Assembly: GCA_963796285.1 (NCBI GenBank)
Contig: CAWCKW010000012.1
Location: forward strand, 1,056,001-1,120,000
DNA length: 64,000 nucleotides
DNA from: Nitrospirota bacterium
Lineage (GTDB): Bacteria; Nitrospirota; UBA9217
Direction: 5' to 3'
Under the pieces are notes generated by a model that worked only from the letters and a program-made list of their open reading frames with translations, was not told where the DNA came from and did no database searches. The first letter of the stretch is position 1. Each line of letters starts with the position of its first letter. A program made the translations under genes and the position numbers. Below are positions 43,454 through 53,704 of this stretch, one piece after another.

Positions 43454-44494
43454 CTAGTCTAGTTTAGGTTTGGGCGTGTCGTCCGTGGATGCAGGAAGTA
43501 TGGGATACATGACCGAAGGCTGGCTCCCGGACGTGCTTTGCAGAAACGCCTCGATTTTATTGATCTCATTTCGGTCCAGGGTGATGCCGAGCTGTGCGCT
43601 CCCCATGACCGCCACGGCCTCTTTGAGGCTCCATATCTTTCCCGAATGGAAGTACGGCGGAGTTAAAACGATATTCCTGAGAGAAGGAGCCTTGAACATA
43701 TACTCGTCTGACTTGACCCCCGTCACCTTGAAGCGTCCTACATCTCCTTGCATGAGGTCCGCCGACGGTCTTGAAACAACGCCGAAGGGGTAATAGGCTT
43801 GTCCGCCCATGTTGACTCCGTTATGGCATGAGCCGCAGCCCTTGTCCATGAAAAGCTTGAGCCCCTCCTTTTCCCTTGCCGCCAAGGCGCCTTCCTGACC
43901 GCCCAGGTAGCGGTCGAACGCCGAGTTCGGCGTGATCAGGGTCGCTTCGAATACGGCGATGGCCTTCGCCATGTTCTCAAAGTTGGCCGGGTCCTTGTCT
44001 CCGGGGAACGCCTTCGCGAACAGGGTAACATACTCCGGCATGCTTTTGATCGTCTCTATTACCCGCGTCGGCGTATTATTCATTTCCACCGACGCCTGCA
44101 TCGGCCCCTTTGCCTGCTGCTCCAGGTCGGCAGCCCTCCCGTCCCAGAACTGCGCCATATTGAATACAGAGTTCAACACGGTGGGCGCATTGCGCGGTCC
44201 CTTCTGCCATTTGTGCCCGGTTGAGGTCTCCTGAAAATCAATGCCGCCCATGCCGACATTGTGACAGGTGTTGCAACTGATCAGGTCGCTTGCCGACAAT
44301 CTCGGGTCGAAATAAAGCACTTTCCCCAGGATCACCTTTTCCGGCGTGGCCGGGTTGCCTGCGATCGCGGGCGCCTTTGTCGGTATGGGTTTGAACATCC
44401 CTTGCGCGCGCTCCAGAACGCTGTCAGACGCGTAAGCTCCTCCATAAACAGCAAGAACAAGGATCATACTGCACACATACTTTGCGATTCTCAT
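43454..44494 (-). CDS. di-heme cytochrome c peroxidase (CcpA/MauG family)
   Basis: CNTCH and CGSCH, RNAPTV.N...QFWDGRA, FKAPSLRN...PYFH. Confidence 0.95.
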   Translation of the reverse strand: MRIAKYVCSMILVLAVYGGAYASDSVLERAQGMFKPIPTKAPAIAGNPATPEKVILGKVLYFDPRLSASDLISCNTCHNVGMGGIDFQETSTGHKWQKGPRNAPTVLNSVFNMAQFWDGRAADLEQQAKGPMQASVEMNNTPTRVIETIKSMPEYVTLFAKAFPGDKDPANFENMAKAIAVFEATLITPNSAFDRYLGGQEGALAAREKEGLKLFMDKGCGSCHNGVNMGGQAYYPFGVVSRPSADLMQGDVGRFKVTGVKSDEYMFKAPSLRNIVLTPPYFHSGKIWSLKEAVAVMGSAQLGITLDRNEINKIEAFLQSTSGSQPSVMYPILPASTDDTPKPKLD

Positions 44495-44951
44495 AGCGAT
44501 ACCTCCTCGGATGCTTTGCTCGTTCGATAATGCATGCCGTAACAGTGCTATGCGGATGCGCATGCATGAGGGACCGGGCTTCTGATGAAGCCGAAAGCAT
44601 AGCATGTTTTCAGTTTAGCACAATATTTTCAAGGCCGGGAACACGGCGTTTGCTGCATCGGACAAAAGTAGCAGAATAATCCTGTCCAACGTACACCTTG
44701 TTAATGATCGTTACACAATCCTGTATTCATAAATGACTTTGCGACCTGTCCTTTTTTGCATCGATATTCGCTGCTTTGAAGGGCGAACAATTCCCCCCTG
44801 ATATGCCGTCTTTCCGGAGAGCTGCGGATGAATTTCACTCCATCCGGAAATCCGGATACCCTTGAAAGACCCCATGGTCCAGGACCAGGGTCCGGTCCTG
44901 TAGATTATCTGGAGGCTTTTATCTTTCATGGTATTACGTTGAGCCGTCCTA

Positions 44952-46265
44952 TTAATTAAACCCCATGCCGATCGAAAACGTCACAAACGTACCCATGAAT
45001 TCATCGTTATTGCCCACGGCCAGCCCTACGCCCGGCAGGTTGATGAGATTGATAAAATAGTTTGCGCCGACACCGTACGCATTGTAGTAATTTCGCGTTC
45101 CTGCAAAGAACGGCTTATAGGTTCCGTAATCCACGAACGGCGCGACGGTGACTGTGCCGTGCCCCCAATGCGCGATGGGGATCTGGTAGTCAATGGAGCC
45201 TGCTGCCGCTTGACGCGACCAAAGGCCCGAGGGCTGGATTCCGCGGAATCCTTTGACTCGTCCATAAGTAGCCACATCGCCGATGGCAACATCCGAGGAC
45301 TGAGACGAGGCCTGCAGACCAAGCTGAAGAGCATGCTTTCCGAACAGCAGATGGTCCCATTCAAGCCGCGCGGTCTCACTGGAAACCTTGTCCAGGTCAT
45401 CGGTTCGGCGCACCTGTCGATTCCAGGAGATACTTGCCGAGAACCCATCATTATAGAAAAGCTTGTAGTCGGAGTTCGAATAGGACAACCGTGCACCGAC
45501 TCCCCAGGCTGCATAGTCATCCGGGTACGCGAAAGCCTCTATCTGCGAGTATTGTCTGTCGGTATAGGTCAACGATACGGATCCGGTGAAGAACGGTGTT
45601 ATTCGATACCCGGGCGACAGCTGGAATCCGATGTCTTTCTTTTCATATGCGTATATTGTCGTTGTGCGGTGGTAGGCGTCAAGTTCGGTAGACGACCGGC
45701 TGGCTATTGCGTTCAAGGTAACATCGGTGAATCTGACCCAGGGATCGAAATACATCAGCGAGAACGTGCTGCCCTCTGTCGACAGCGACCCACCCGCGCC
45801 AACTGTTTTACCGATCCCAAGAAAGTTCGACTCAAAGAGGAACGCACCGACCGAACGTTTACCATTACTTGAATACGCCGAGGGGATCGGGATCAGGGTC
45901 CAGCGGTCGGACACGGTCACTTTTATCTCCGGCTGCGTTACTGCAACATCCACGGACTCGAAAACCCTGGTATTCTTGATGCATTGACCCAGGGCCGCTT
46001 GATCAATGGAATCCCACGTCCGGTAATCCCCTTTTTTGAGACAATATTTGATCAAGGATTCGACATAGCGCGGTTTTGTCCTCTTCGCGCCTTCCAGCGA
46101 GACGGTCACTTCGCCCAGGTATTCATTGCTGATCACGGCGGATGACTCTCGAGGTGCGATCAACAGGACCGTTGTCGCGATCATGAACAACGTACGGATG
46201 CTGCGAATGAGTGAAGGCCGTTTCCATACGATCCTCACGGAATACACCTGGTGCCTGAAGCGCAA
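44952..46265 (-). CDS. POTRA + beta-barrel outer-membrane protein (Omp85-like)
   Basis: G.KRTK POTRA-like start, ESNFLG.GK, FRG motif, aromatic residue near the C-terminus; true start probably downstream of 46265. Confidence 0.7.
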   Translation of the reverse strand: MRFRHQVYSVRIVWKRPSLIRSIRTLFMIATTVLLIAPRESSAVISNEYLGEVTVSLEGAKRTKPRYVESLIKYCLKKGDYRTWDSIDQAALGQCIKNTRVFESVDVAVTQPEIKVTVSDRWTLIPIPSAYSSNGKRSVGAFLFESNFLGIGKTVGAGGSLSTEGSTFSLMYFDPWVRFTDVTLNAIASRSSTELDAYHRTTTIYAYEKKDIGFQLSPGYRITPFFTGSVSLTYTDRQYSQIEAFAYPDDYAAWGVGARLSYSNSDYKLFYNDGFSASISWNRQVRRTDDLDKVSSETARLEWDHLLFGKHALQLGLQASSQSSDVAIGDVATYGRVKGFRGIQPSGLWSRQAAAGSIDYQIPIAHWGHGTVTVAPFVDYGTYKPFFAGTRNYYNAYGVGANYFINLINLPGVGLAVGNNDEFMGTFVTFSIGMGFN

Positions 46266-46433
46266 CCAAGAAAAGTGAAAGGTTTTATATTTTGTTTGTC
46301 TACTATCGTAATGTCCATTTCGGTTACGACGCCCCCAAAAATACTCGATAAATTCTTTGCGTCACGTGGTCTCCGAGGACACCGTGGAAAGAGTAAACAA
46401 CTGAATTACAGGTATATCACTGCGATCTCTGCG

Positions 46434-46578
46434 TTCTCTGTGGCACGAGATGGTACCGCGCGTCTCCGCGCGATCCCAAACCACGGAACGAAGGGCCTTC
46501 CGGAAGACGTCAAGGGGCTGAGCGCCGGCCACGGACTTTTTGTCTCCGATAAATAACGCCGTCACACCGATCATGCCC
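46434..46578 (-). pseudogene. duplicated 3' end of the DsbA-like gene plus downstream repeat
   Basis: Near-identical to 42757-42900 (FIGDKKSV.GAQPLDVFRKALRSVV); stop TAG changed to TGG. Confidence 0.9.
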
Positions 46579-46610
46579 GGACAGCCGCTTCCACTGACTC
46601 CGATGTTCCC

Positions 46611-47588
46611 TTATGCCGCTTTCCGTTTAATGTTAACCTTCCCCAGAAGCTTTGCAAGACGGTCCATGGACTCCAGCACTCCCTCCTCCATCCCCGCCTT
46701 GATCATCTCGTCGCGGTCCTCAACCGTCTGGAACACAGACCTGGACGTGACCTTTGTCCTGCCTCCCATCTCTTCGAACGTCGCCGTTTCAAGCGATACA
46801 TGGCCCGGCGTGCCTTCGAATTCAAAGGTGTCGACAATTCTCGCGGGCGAAACGACATCGTGATACACTCCGTGGAATGCGTACTTGTTGCCCGCTGCAT
46901 CGTATTGCACAAATCTCCACGAACCGCCCGGCCTCGCCTCCAGCCTGTCGATCACTGTCGTGTACCGTACCGGACCCCACCACTGCGGGACAAGGGCCGG
47001 ATCCATGTGCGCTCTGAACACCTCATATTGCGGCGCGTCAAAGACCCGAGTTATGACGACCTCTGGTTTTCCCGGTTCTGCTATGACCCGGGTACGATCG
47101 ATAGGCACGATGCTTTCGGCAAGTTTGTCGAAAGAGCCGCTCCATCCGGCCTGGGTAAGGTCCTTCATCTGGCCCTGTGGGAGGCCTTCATGCCGCAAGA
47201 TCATTTTTGTTTTGTTGCCGATTGCTTCGAATGTCACCGTCACCAGCAGTTCAAGCGGGAACTCTCCGATCAGCCCGTAGTGCGAAGCCGGCACCACGTT
47301 CCCCTTCTCATCGGCAAAACTATCGGTTACCACAAGCCGCTCCATCGGAACGATCTCGCGATAGACGCCCGTGCTCCAATAGTCCTTGCCGTCGGGACCG
47401 CGCATGCAATAGAGATACTTGCCGCCCACTCGAAGATCGTTCTTGATGACCGGTGCGGTGAAATATTGCGGTCCCCACCACTTTTTAAGACGCTCGGGCT
47501 CCGTCCATGCTTTCCATGCGAGTTCTCGCGGCGCGTCAAAAAAGCGCGTGATGGTCAGTACATCCCTATTTTTAATTGTCGTCGCCAT
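46611..47588 (-). CDS. tandem SRPBCC (AHSA1-like) domain protein
   Basis: Two ITR.FDAP...WWGP...GG domains. Confidence 0.92.
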   Translation of the reverse strand: MATTIKNRDVLTITRFFDAPRELAWKAWTEPERLKKWWGPQYFTAPVIKNDLRVGGKYLYCMRGPDGKDYWSTGVYREIVPMERLVVTDSFADEKGNVVPASHYGLIGEFPLELLVTVTFEAIGNKTKMILRHEGLPQGQMKDLTQAGWSGSFDKLAESIVPIDRTRVIAEPGKPEVVITRVFDAPQYEVFRAHMDPALVPQWWGPVRYTTVIDRLEARPGGSWRFVQYDAAGNKYAFHGVYHDVVSPARIVDTFEFEGTPGHVSLETATFEEMGGRTKVTSRSVFQTVEDRDEMIKAGMEEGVLESMDRLAKLLGKVNIKRKAA

Positions 47589-48096
47589 AGTGCGCCTCCT
47601 TTTGCGGAGAATTCGGGATAAATATACTCTTTAATTAGAGGATAGCACCGGATCGAACCATCGTCAAGGAGGGCGCTTCTCTTCCCGCGTATTATACTGA
47701 CCGGATGCAATACGTAACGGCCGGATTCAGTGGCACATATCAGCTGATGTCAAGGAAATGGGCATCCTTCTGGATCAGAATATACCTGTACCTGCACATT
47801 CTAATATGCTTTGTTCGACACTGCACCTGATATTCGATGCCGAGAGGACGGGACATGCGGGACGAGTGCAAAATTTGGCAGGAAAGCAACTGAGCAGGCC
47901 TCACATGAAGATGTTCTTTTCCTGTCTCTAGACCGTCAGAAATGTTAAACGGTTCAGATATGTATTAGGAATATCGAAACGATGATTATGGTTATTTGTT
48001 AAAGCAGATCGATGTGCATGGCATTTTTAACGAGTCTCTAATGGGGTGAATCATGATAAAATGGCAGGACCCGAATAGGTTTCCTTCGATCATGAA

Positions 48097-48672
48097 TTAC
48101 TGGTTATGCGCAAGACTTTTCAGTTGGATACTGGCTGTATCGATTGCCTTCTTAATGCCCTCACTCTTCGGATCGAAAACGAGAATGCATCGCCAGAGGG
48201 CGATCGCTTCGGCAAGGTTGCCTTTTCTGTATTCGGTCAGCGCCTGTTTTGAAAGGTTCGTGCCGCAATCCTTTATTCGTGCATGGATGACTTCCTTGTC
48301 AAAGGCCTCCTTCCGGTTGAGCTTCTGATAGTTCGTATAGGTGTTCAGGAGCTCATAATATGCCCGCCCTGAGGTTGCAAAATCCTCTCTGCTGAAAGCC
48401 TCGTCAGCGGCATGCCGGACGGCCTCAATTGTTTGGTGGTAGTTAGCGAGCAGCCCTTGGTCCGTCGGATTGTTTCGGCAGGCAGCGGCAGAAAGGTCAA
48501 GCGCTTTTTTAAAGTCACTTTGTACTATATACTGCTCGGCTGACGATCGTGTCCGGTGTGTCGTCTCGGTCGGCGTGAGTACGTTTTCTGGCTTCTTCTG
48601 TGGCATGCAGGAAGAAGACGCCAGCAGCAAGACCAGGTTGAGAGCGATGAGTTCAGAGGACCAATGCGGCAT
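48097..48672 (-). CDS. TPR-like lipoprotein
   Basis: Lipobox-like SSC; YRKGNLAEAIALW..IL.FDP. Confidence 0.75.
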   Translation of the reverse strand: MPHWSSELIALNLVLLLASSSCMPQKKPENVLTPTETTHRTRSSAEQYIVQSDFKKALDLSAAACRNNPTDQGLLANYHQTIEAVRHAADEAFSREDFATSGRAYYELLNTYTNYQKLNRKEAFDKEVIHARIKDCGTNLSKQALTEYRKGNLAEAIALWRCILVFDPKSEGIKKAIDTASIQLKSLAHNQ

Positions 48673-48678
48673 GTTCTT

Positions 48679-50031
48679 CTACCCGTGTGTCAGCTGTAAT
48701 TCCGCTACAATCCGCTTGTCCATGAGCCTGATGAAGACCTTTACGAGCTCGGGATTGAATTGTGTTCCGGAATGGTTTTTCAGCTCTTCCAACGTTTGCA
48801 GCTCCGAGATTGCTTCTCGGTATGGTCTGCTTGACGTCATTGCGTCATAGGTATCGGTGATGGCGATGATGGCGGCAAAGAGGGGGATAGCGTCCCCCTT
48901 GAGTCCTTCGGGATAGCCCTTGCCGTTGAACCACTCGTGGTGATGCCTGACTGCCGGTATATATTTGTGCAGTAACATCGCCTTGCTGAGAATGTCGGCT
49001 CCATATTCGGTATGGTGCATCATTTCCTTGTGTTCCCGTTCGTTCAGCTTGCCCCGTTTGCGGAGGATCGCGTCCGGCGTTTTGATCTTCCCGATGTCAT
49101 GGAACAGGCAGGCGACTTCGAGGTCCTCCAACTCTGCTGCGTTTAGCCCGAGTTCCCTCCCGAGTTGCACGGAAAACCGGGAGACCCTCGTTGAATGCCC
49201 GTGAGTATACGGGTCCCGCGCGTCAATAGCGGCGGCAAGGACGCTCACGGTGGAAACATACGATTCCTCCAGCGCTTTGGCGTAATTGCTGATCTGACCG
49301 CTCTGCTCGGTGATCAGGACCATCATTTCATTAAAGCTCGTTGTCAGTTTTCCGAACTCGTCCTGCGAATAGACTTTGAGGCGTCGGTACCCCATCCCCT
49401 TTTTGAGGTCGTTCACCCCCGCGGAAAGCTCCTGGATCGGCTTTGTCACGAGCGACGAGAGCACAATGCTGCCGGCCATACCCATCACGAGAATCACCGC
49501 AAATACCAGCATGATCCATTTTCGGGCTGCACGCTGGGCATCATGGAGCGCCGATTTATTCACGCTGAGAACGACCGAACCCAGACGCTTATTAAATGCG
49601 ACAATAGGAGTGAGGATCTCAATACGTTCAACTGACGAACCCGATGATTCCGTGATCGTGGTGCCGTCAGCGCCTTTCTGGAGCAGCCGCCCCGCCGCGG
49701 GCACGAGCTTTATTCCGTCATTGGTGATGTCGTTATGCGCTAGGACGCGCATATCGCGACCAAGGATCGTTATGAATTCTATGTCCTGGTTCGATTCTCG
49801 CATCTTGAAAACCATATTGTCAAGACCGAGGACGTCCTTCGCAAGCAGGCTGTAACCCGCTGATGAGGCTATACTTTTCGACAACGCTGTCGTCCGTTTG
49901 AGAAGCTGATCATAAAGGTAATGGTTCAATATCGTGAGTGTGCTGAGGTAGAATGCAATAGTGGAGGTGATAAGCAGGGCGAGCACCATTCCAGCGATTT
50001 TGAATTTAATACAGTTGAATTTGATCGGCAT
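48679..50031 (-). CDS. membrane HAMP + HD-GYP phosphodiesterase
   Basis: Two TMs, HAMP (DEFGKL...FNEM), HDIGK, HHEWFNGKGYP. Confidence 0.92.
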   Translation of the reverse strand: MPIKFNCIKFKIAGMVLALLITSTIAFYLSTLTILNHYLYDQLLKRTTALSKSIASSAGYSLLAKDVLGLDNMVFKMRESNQDIEFITILGRDMRVLAHNDITNDGIKLVPAAGRLLQKGADGTTITESSGSSVERIEILTPIVAFNKRLGSVVLSVNKSALHDAQRAARKWIMLVFAVILVMGMAGSIVLSSLVTKPIQELSAGVNDLKKGMGYRRLKVYSQDEFGKLTTSFNEMMVLITEQSGQISNYAKALEESYVSTVSVLAAAIDARDPYTHGHSTRVSRFSVQLGRELGLNAAELEDLEVACLFHDIGKIKTPDAILRKRGKLNEREHKEMMHHTEYGADILSKAMLLHKYIPAVRHHHEWFNGKGYPEGLKGDAIPLFAAIIAITDTYDAMTSSRPYREAISELQTLEELKNHSGTQFNPELVKVFIRLMDKRIVAELQLTHG

Positions 50032-50687
50032 GCCAATACCCTATTTTTGCAGGATCGAAGACAGCTGCGATATTCTGATAGAATCTGCTATAACCACTTT
50101 TTTATGTTTAGACTAGATTAAATTGTACCACACCTCGTCTATTTTGGCAAGAAGAAAATACATTCCGTTCAAGCATGAAATTTATAGGATCAAAGAGAAA
50201 AGAAAGGATGCACCGTTTATCTCAGGGAGAAAAATGCCGAAAGCCGTAAGAAATCTAAAGGCCCTGCGGGTTTGGTTTTTTTAGTGTCATGCCTTTTCCC
50301 TCATAAGATTGATGATCGTCGAATAATTCAAATCAAGGTAAACAGCTATCTACCGCCGGGCATTGCAATATTTCTGGTGAGTAATCATAAGATTTGTACA
50401 AACTCCGGAACACGGCATGGAACCGATTATTTTCCGGTCCGCCAGATGGCGGAAAAGGTCGCTGAATAAAAACGCTTCGCTAATGGCCATAATCCCGAAG
50501 GGTGACTGGTACAGTAAAGACTGACACTGAGAACGAATGAAACTGCGGCAGTGGTACGGATGACGATAACGAAAAGGCTCGACGAGCAACGTCCCGTTTC
50601 TCACCACAAGATAGCCCTTTTCGCTTGACGGCGCCCTTTAAATGGGTGACGCTCAAATGCTCTTTACAACACTGTAACAGGCCGTCG

Positions 50688-51245
50688 TCATGATGCCGGC
50701 ACGTAGGTCAGCAGAACGTTCCCGTTGCCGAACGTTCGCGTGCGGACCAGCTTCAAGGCAAGCCTGTGCTTCAGGCCTTCGAACATCGTCTTTCCTTTGC
50801 CGATGACGACAGGATTCAGCAGGACCTGATACTCATCTATCAAGCCCTCCTCGGCAAGCTGCGCAACGATGCTGCCGCTTCCGAGCACCGTCAGGTCCTT
50901 CCCCGTTCCCTGCTTCAGCCTCCTGACCTCGTCCAGCATACCGTCCTTCACCAGCCTCGTATTGTTCCAGTCGGCCTTTTGCAGGGTGCGGGAGAAAACG
51001 ATCTTCTCCGACTTGTTCATGCCTGCGGCCACAATAGGGTCGGTCCTGATCGCCTCCGGGGTCGGCCAGAAGCCGGCCATGAGCTCATAGGTGACGCGTC
51101 CGAACAAGAGCGTGTTGCCGGAGTTCGAGGCCGCATTTGCCAGCTCCTGGAATTCCTCATCCACGTTATGCCAGGAGATGTCGCCCCCCTCGCCCGCAAT
51201 ATAGCCGTCCAGCGTTATCAGGTTGAATACGGTGAGTTTTCTCAT
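50688..51245 (-). CDS. dihydrofolate reductase family (RibD C-terminal-like) protein
   Basis: MRKL...TLDGY...LLFGRVTYE...GSGSIV...LIDEY...PVVIG.GK; AGGAGG RBS before 51245. Confidence 0.92.
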   Translation of the reverse strand: MRKLTVFNLITLDGYIAGEGGDISWHNVDEEFQELANAASNSGNTLLFGRVTYELMAGFWPTPEAIRTDPIVAAGMNKSEKIVFSRTLQKADWNNTRLVKDGMLDEVRRLKQGTGKDLTVLGSGSIVAQLAEEGLIDEYQVLLNPVVIGKGKTMFEGLKHRLALKLVRTRTFGNGNVLLTYVPAS

Positions 51246-51681
51246 GTCCCCCACCTCCTTCCGTCCGATCGCTGCCGTATGCAGCGTCCTCAATTTAATT
51301 ATAACATCAAAGGCCGGAAAGATGTCCCTCTCCGGCCTTTGATCGTTCACGTCTACTCTTAGGATATTCCTCTCATGCCGCCATATCAACAACCACGGTA
51401 TCAAGTCTGGTCCTAGAGCGGTTTCAGGGTTCTTAAAGACTGGGACCTCAATAGGTGAGCCTGACCCATATCAGTTTTCGCCATGACCGACCCGATGCAA
51501 GGAGAAATCTGATCCCCTAGGTTGCCATTGTGAGCCAGAAGCTAATGCCATAACAAAGGATCTGACACTATTGTTTACTTTGTGTCAAAATTTGTCAAAG
51601 GATATGCCCAAAACCGTATGTTCCCGAGAAATTAATGCGTTTGAGTGTATTGCAAACAGCGTATATCCATCAGGTTACGCA

Positions 51682-51698
51682 TTGGTATGGATATTGCT
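51682..51698 (+). promoter_or_regulatory. sigma54 promoter
   Basis: tTGGTATG-gata-TTGCt (GG-N10-GC) upstream of 51747. Confidence 0.6.
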
Positions 51699-51746
51699 TT
51701 TTATAAGTATGAATTCATCACTTTTCTATGAAAGGTGGGCCGAAAG

Positions 51747-52031
51747 ATGAATTGCTGGGAATATAAAAAATGCGCGGAAGAGGTGTTCAAGACCTGTCCT
51801 GCATATCCCGACAGCGGTTCCCGCTGCTGGATGCTCGCAGGTGTAAAGTTGCAATGTGGAGAAAAAGGGTTCTCAAGCCTGGATGAACAGATTGCCTATT
51901 GTGGCAAATGCGATTTCTACGCGCTGGGAAGCGCACGGGACCAACTGAAGCCGGCCGGCAACTCCGCAGGATCAAAAAGAAGCAGGCGTACGAGAAAAAA
52001 GCCGATGCCGGGTCTCCCGGATATCCCTTAA
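51747..52031 (+). CDS. small CW-motif Cys-rich protein
   Basis: NCWEYKKC...CPAY...CW..AG...C..CDFY. Confidence 0.75.
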   Translation: MNCWEYKKCAEEVFKTCPAYPDSGSRCWMLAGVKLQCGEKGFSSLDEQIAYCGKCDFYALGSARDQLKPAGNSAGSKRSRRTRKKPMPGLPDIP

Positions 52032-52459
52032 CTCAAGAGGTGTTTATTTTCCGACAAGTTCCTTTTCACGTTGCCTTCTCTTGCAATATAACCGCCCGCC
52101 ATGCCGAGCGGGATCACTGCTGCAAAACTGACCATTTCATACCAGAGAGGCAGGCCGGGTTCGCGGAAAAAAAGACCCAGAACCAGACCTATCCCCGCAA
52201 CGATCGCGCCGTGCAGTATCTCGAACCGCCCGGCGGTGCGCCCGGCGACATAACCGCCGATCAGCGTAAAGCCCAGACCGAGGATCAACATCAGCATAAG
52301 CCCGCTGAAGCCGTGCATGCGTGCGGTAATTTCAGCCTCCGGAATCCCGGATGCCGCCAGCGCGAGGACTAATGCCGTCGCAACAATCAGCGTGCCGATG
52401 GTATCGACAAGCACCCCCCAAAGAATGGCCTTGAATCTCAGTCTCCGAATTTGAAGCAT
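52028..52459 (-). CDS. hypothetical membrane protein
   Basis: Four hydrophobic segments; GGYVAGR.A. Confidence 0.75.
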   Translation of the reverse strand: MLQIRRLRFKAILWGVLVDTIGTLIVATALVLALAASGIPEAEITARMHGFSGLMLMLILGLGFTLIGGYVAGRTAGRFEILHGAIVAGIGLVLGLFFREPGLPLWYEMVSFAAVIPLGMAGGYIAREGNVKRNLSENKHLLS

Positions 52460-52546
52460 TACACCTTCCTGTCATTGCCGAATGTCCAGCTGTATCCTCT
52501 GCGCAACGAGCGCAATGATGTCTTGATTCTGCCTTTACCCTGAGCC

Positions 52547-52848
52547 GGGTAGCTCTGACGCGAAAGACGCGCATAGCAATGCTGAATAGATCATAGTTCA
52601 GAGTACAAGACAAGGCAGACGCGCCCTGCACTCGTTTATGGCCGCGATTTCGCAAGAGCAGGCTACGCGTGGCATAGCCTGTATTCGCGCAGCGCACTCA
52701 TAAGCACTGGCCACAGGCTCGTAAACGCTGGGTGCAGGCGGCCTCACCCTTTTAAAGGGTGAGGGTGGAGTGATGCGAGACCTGCATATCAGGGCGGAGG
52801 TACTGTTAATATGCCCGGCATGCTGCGCGTCTAAGCGATGAGCTGCCC
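52547..52848 (+). repeat. long rod-like palindromic element, copy A (with 117-nt inner module)
   Basis: GGGTAGCTC...GAGCTGCCC termini; highly similar to the reverse complement of 58357-58659. Confidence 0.9.
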
Positions 52849-52939
52849 AAAATAATCGATGCACATCTGGGACCAGTGCCAACTTAGATATCCTTCGGAA
52901 AACAGAATATTAATAAAGAAGAAAGAGCGATATTTTCAA

Positions 52940-53278
52940 TTAAGTGACCCACTCAAAAGTCAGAAGAGCCTTTATTCTATGTGTGCTTTTGCCGTTTGGA
53001 GAGCCAGCATCTTTATCCCTGGTAAACAGCCTCCACTTCATCTCTGATGAATGGATACCTGCCTTCTTGTCCTGACCTCTACAGTAATACCAGTGTCCAA
53101 AGCGTTCGACCGTAGAAAAGGGATGATTTTTTGTACAGAGAATCCCGCACGGTTTGATCTCTTTGAAATAAATAGTTTCCTCCGGGGATTCATCAAAAGA
53201 CATATCCGCAGGCAGTTCGATCTGAGATACATCCACGTGCTGTGCTTCCTTTTCATCCAGCCAGTCTGATATTTTCAT
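52940..53278 (-). CDS. hypothetical protein
   Basis: AAGGAG RBS; protein-like first ~90 aa; C-terminus may run into repeat-flank sequence. Confidence 0.6.
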   Translation of the reverse strand: MKISDWLDEKEAQHVDVSQIELPADMSFDESPEETIYFKEIKPCGILCTKNHPFSTVERFGHWYYCRGQDKKAGIHSSEMKWRLFTRDKDAGSPNGKSTHRIKALLTFEWVT

Positions 53279-53317
53279 TTGGTTTTTATCTCCTTTAGAA
53301 ATCGAGCCCAGTCACGC

Positions 53318-53647
53318 CTATAGCAGGGGGAGCTGAGCCAGATGCTTGCCGATCACAGCCGGCAGTTTCTTCGGTGACCTGATGCGAAGCTGCTTGTTGA
53401 CATTGAATCTGCCAAATACGACCCGGATGTCGGTTGCCTTCACTCCAAATTCCTGTGCAAGGAACCGGACCATGTGATCGGTCGCTCTGCCCGACACCGG
53501 CGACGCGGTGACGCTCACCTTCAGCTGCGCGCCCTTGACCTTGCCGATCGCGTCCCGGTTCGAACCGGGTTTGCCCAGGATGTTCAGTACCAGCGTTTCA
53601 CCATCCCAGGCACAGAACGAATCCATTTCAAGGTCATTGTCTGTCAC
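53318..53647 (-). CDS. DUF167 / YggU family protein
   Basis: KP...DAIG...LKVSVTA.PV.GRA. Confidence 0.85.
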   Translation of the reverse strand: MTDNDLEMDSFCAWDGETLVLNILGKPGSNRDAIGKVKGAQLKVSVTASPVSGRATDHMVRFLAQEFGVKATDIRVVFGRFNVNKQLRIRSPKKLPAVIGKHLAQLPLL

Positions 53648-53704
53648 TTTAAAAGCGATCCCCTCGTGGTCCTTTGTTCTTCAAACTTTCTCCGGAATAG
53701 TTCT

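Noticed and set aside
44546-44606. Hammerhead ribozyme (CTGATGA...GAAA)
   Set aside because: Only 4 nt separate CTGATGA and GAAA, so there is no stem II, and there is no correctly placed UH cleavage site. The region folds as ordinary hairpins.
47758-47930. PIN-like (DUF5615) toxin remnant beginning MGILLDQNIPVP
   Set aside because: The similarity covers only about 12 residues and cannot be supported without a search.
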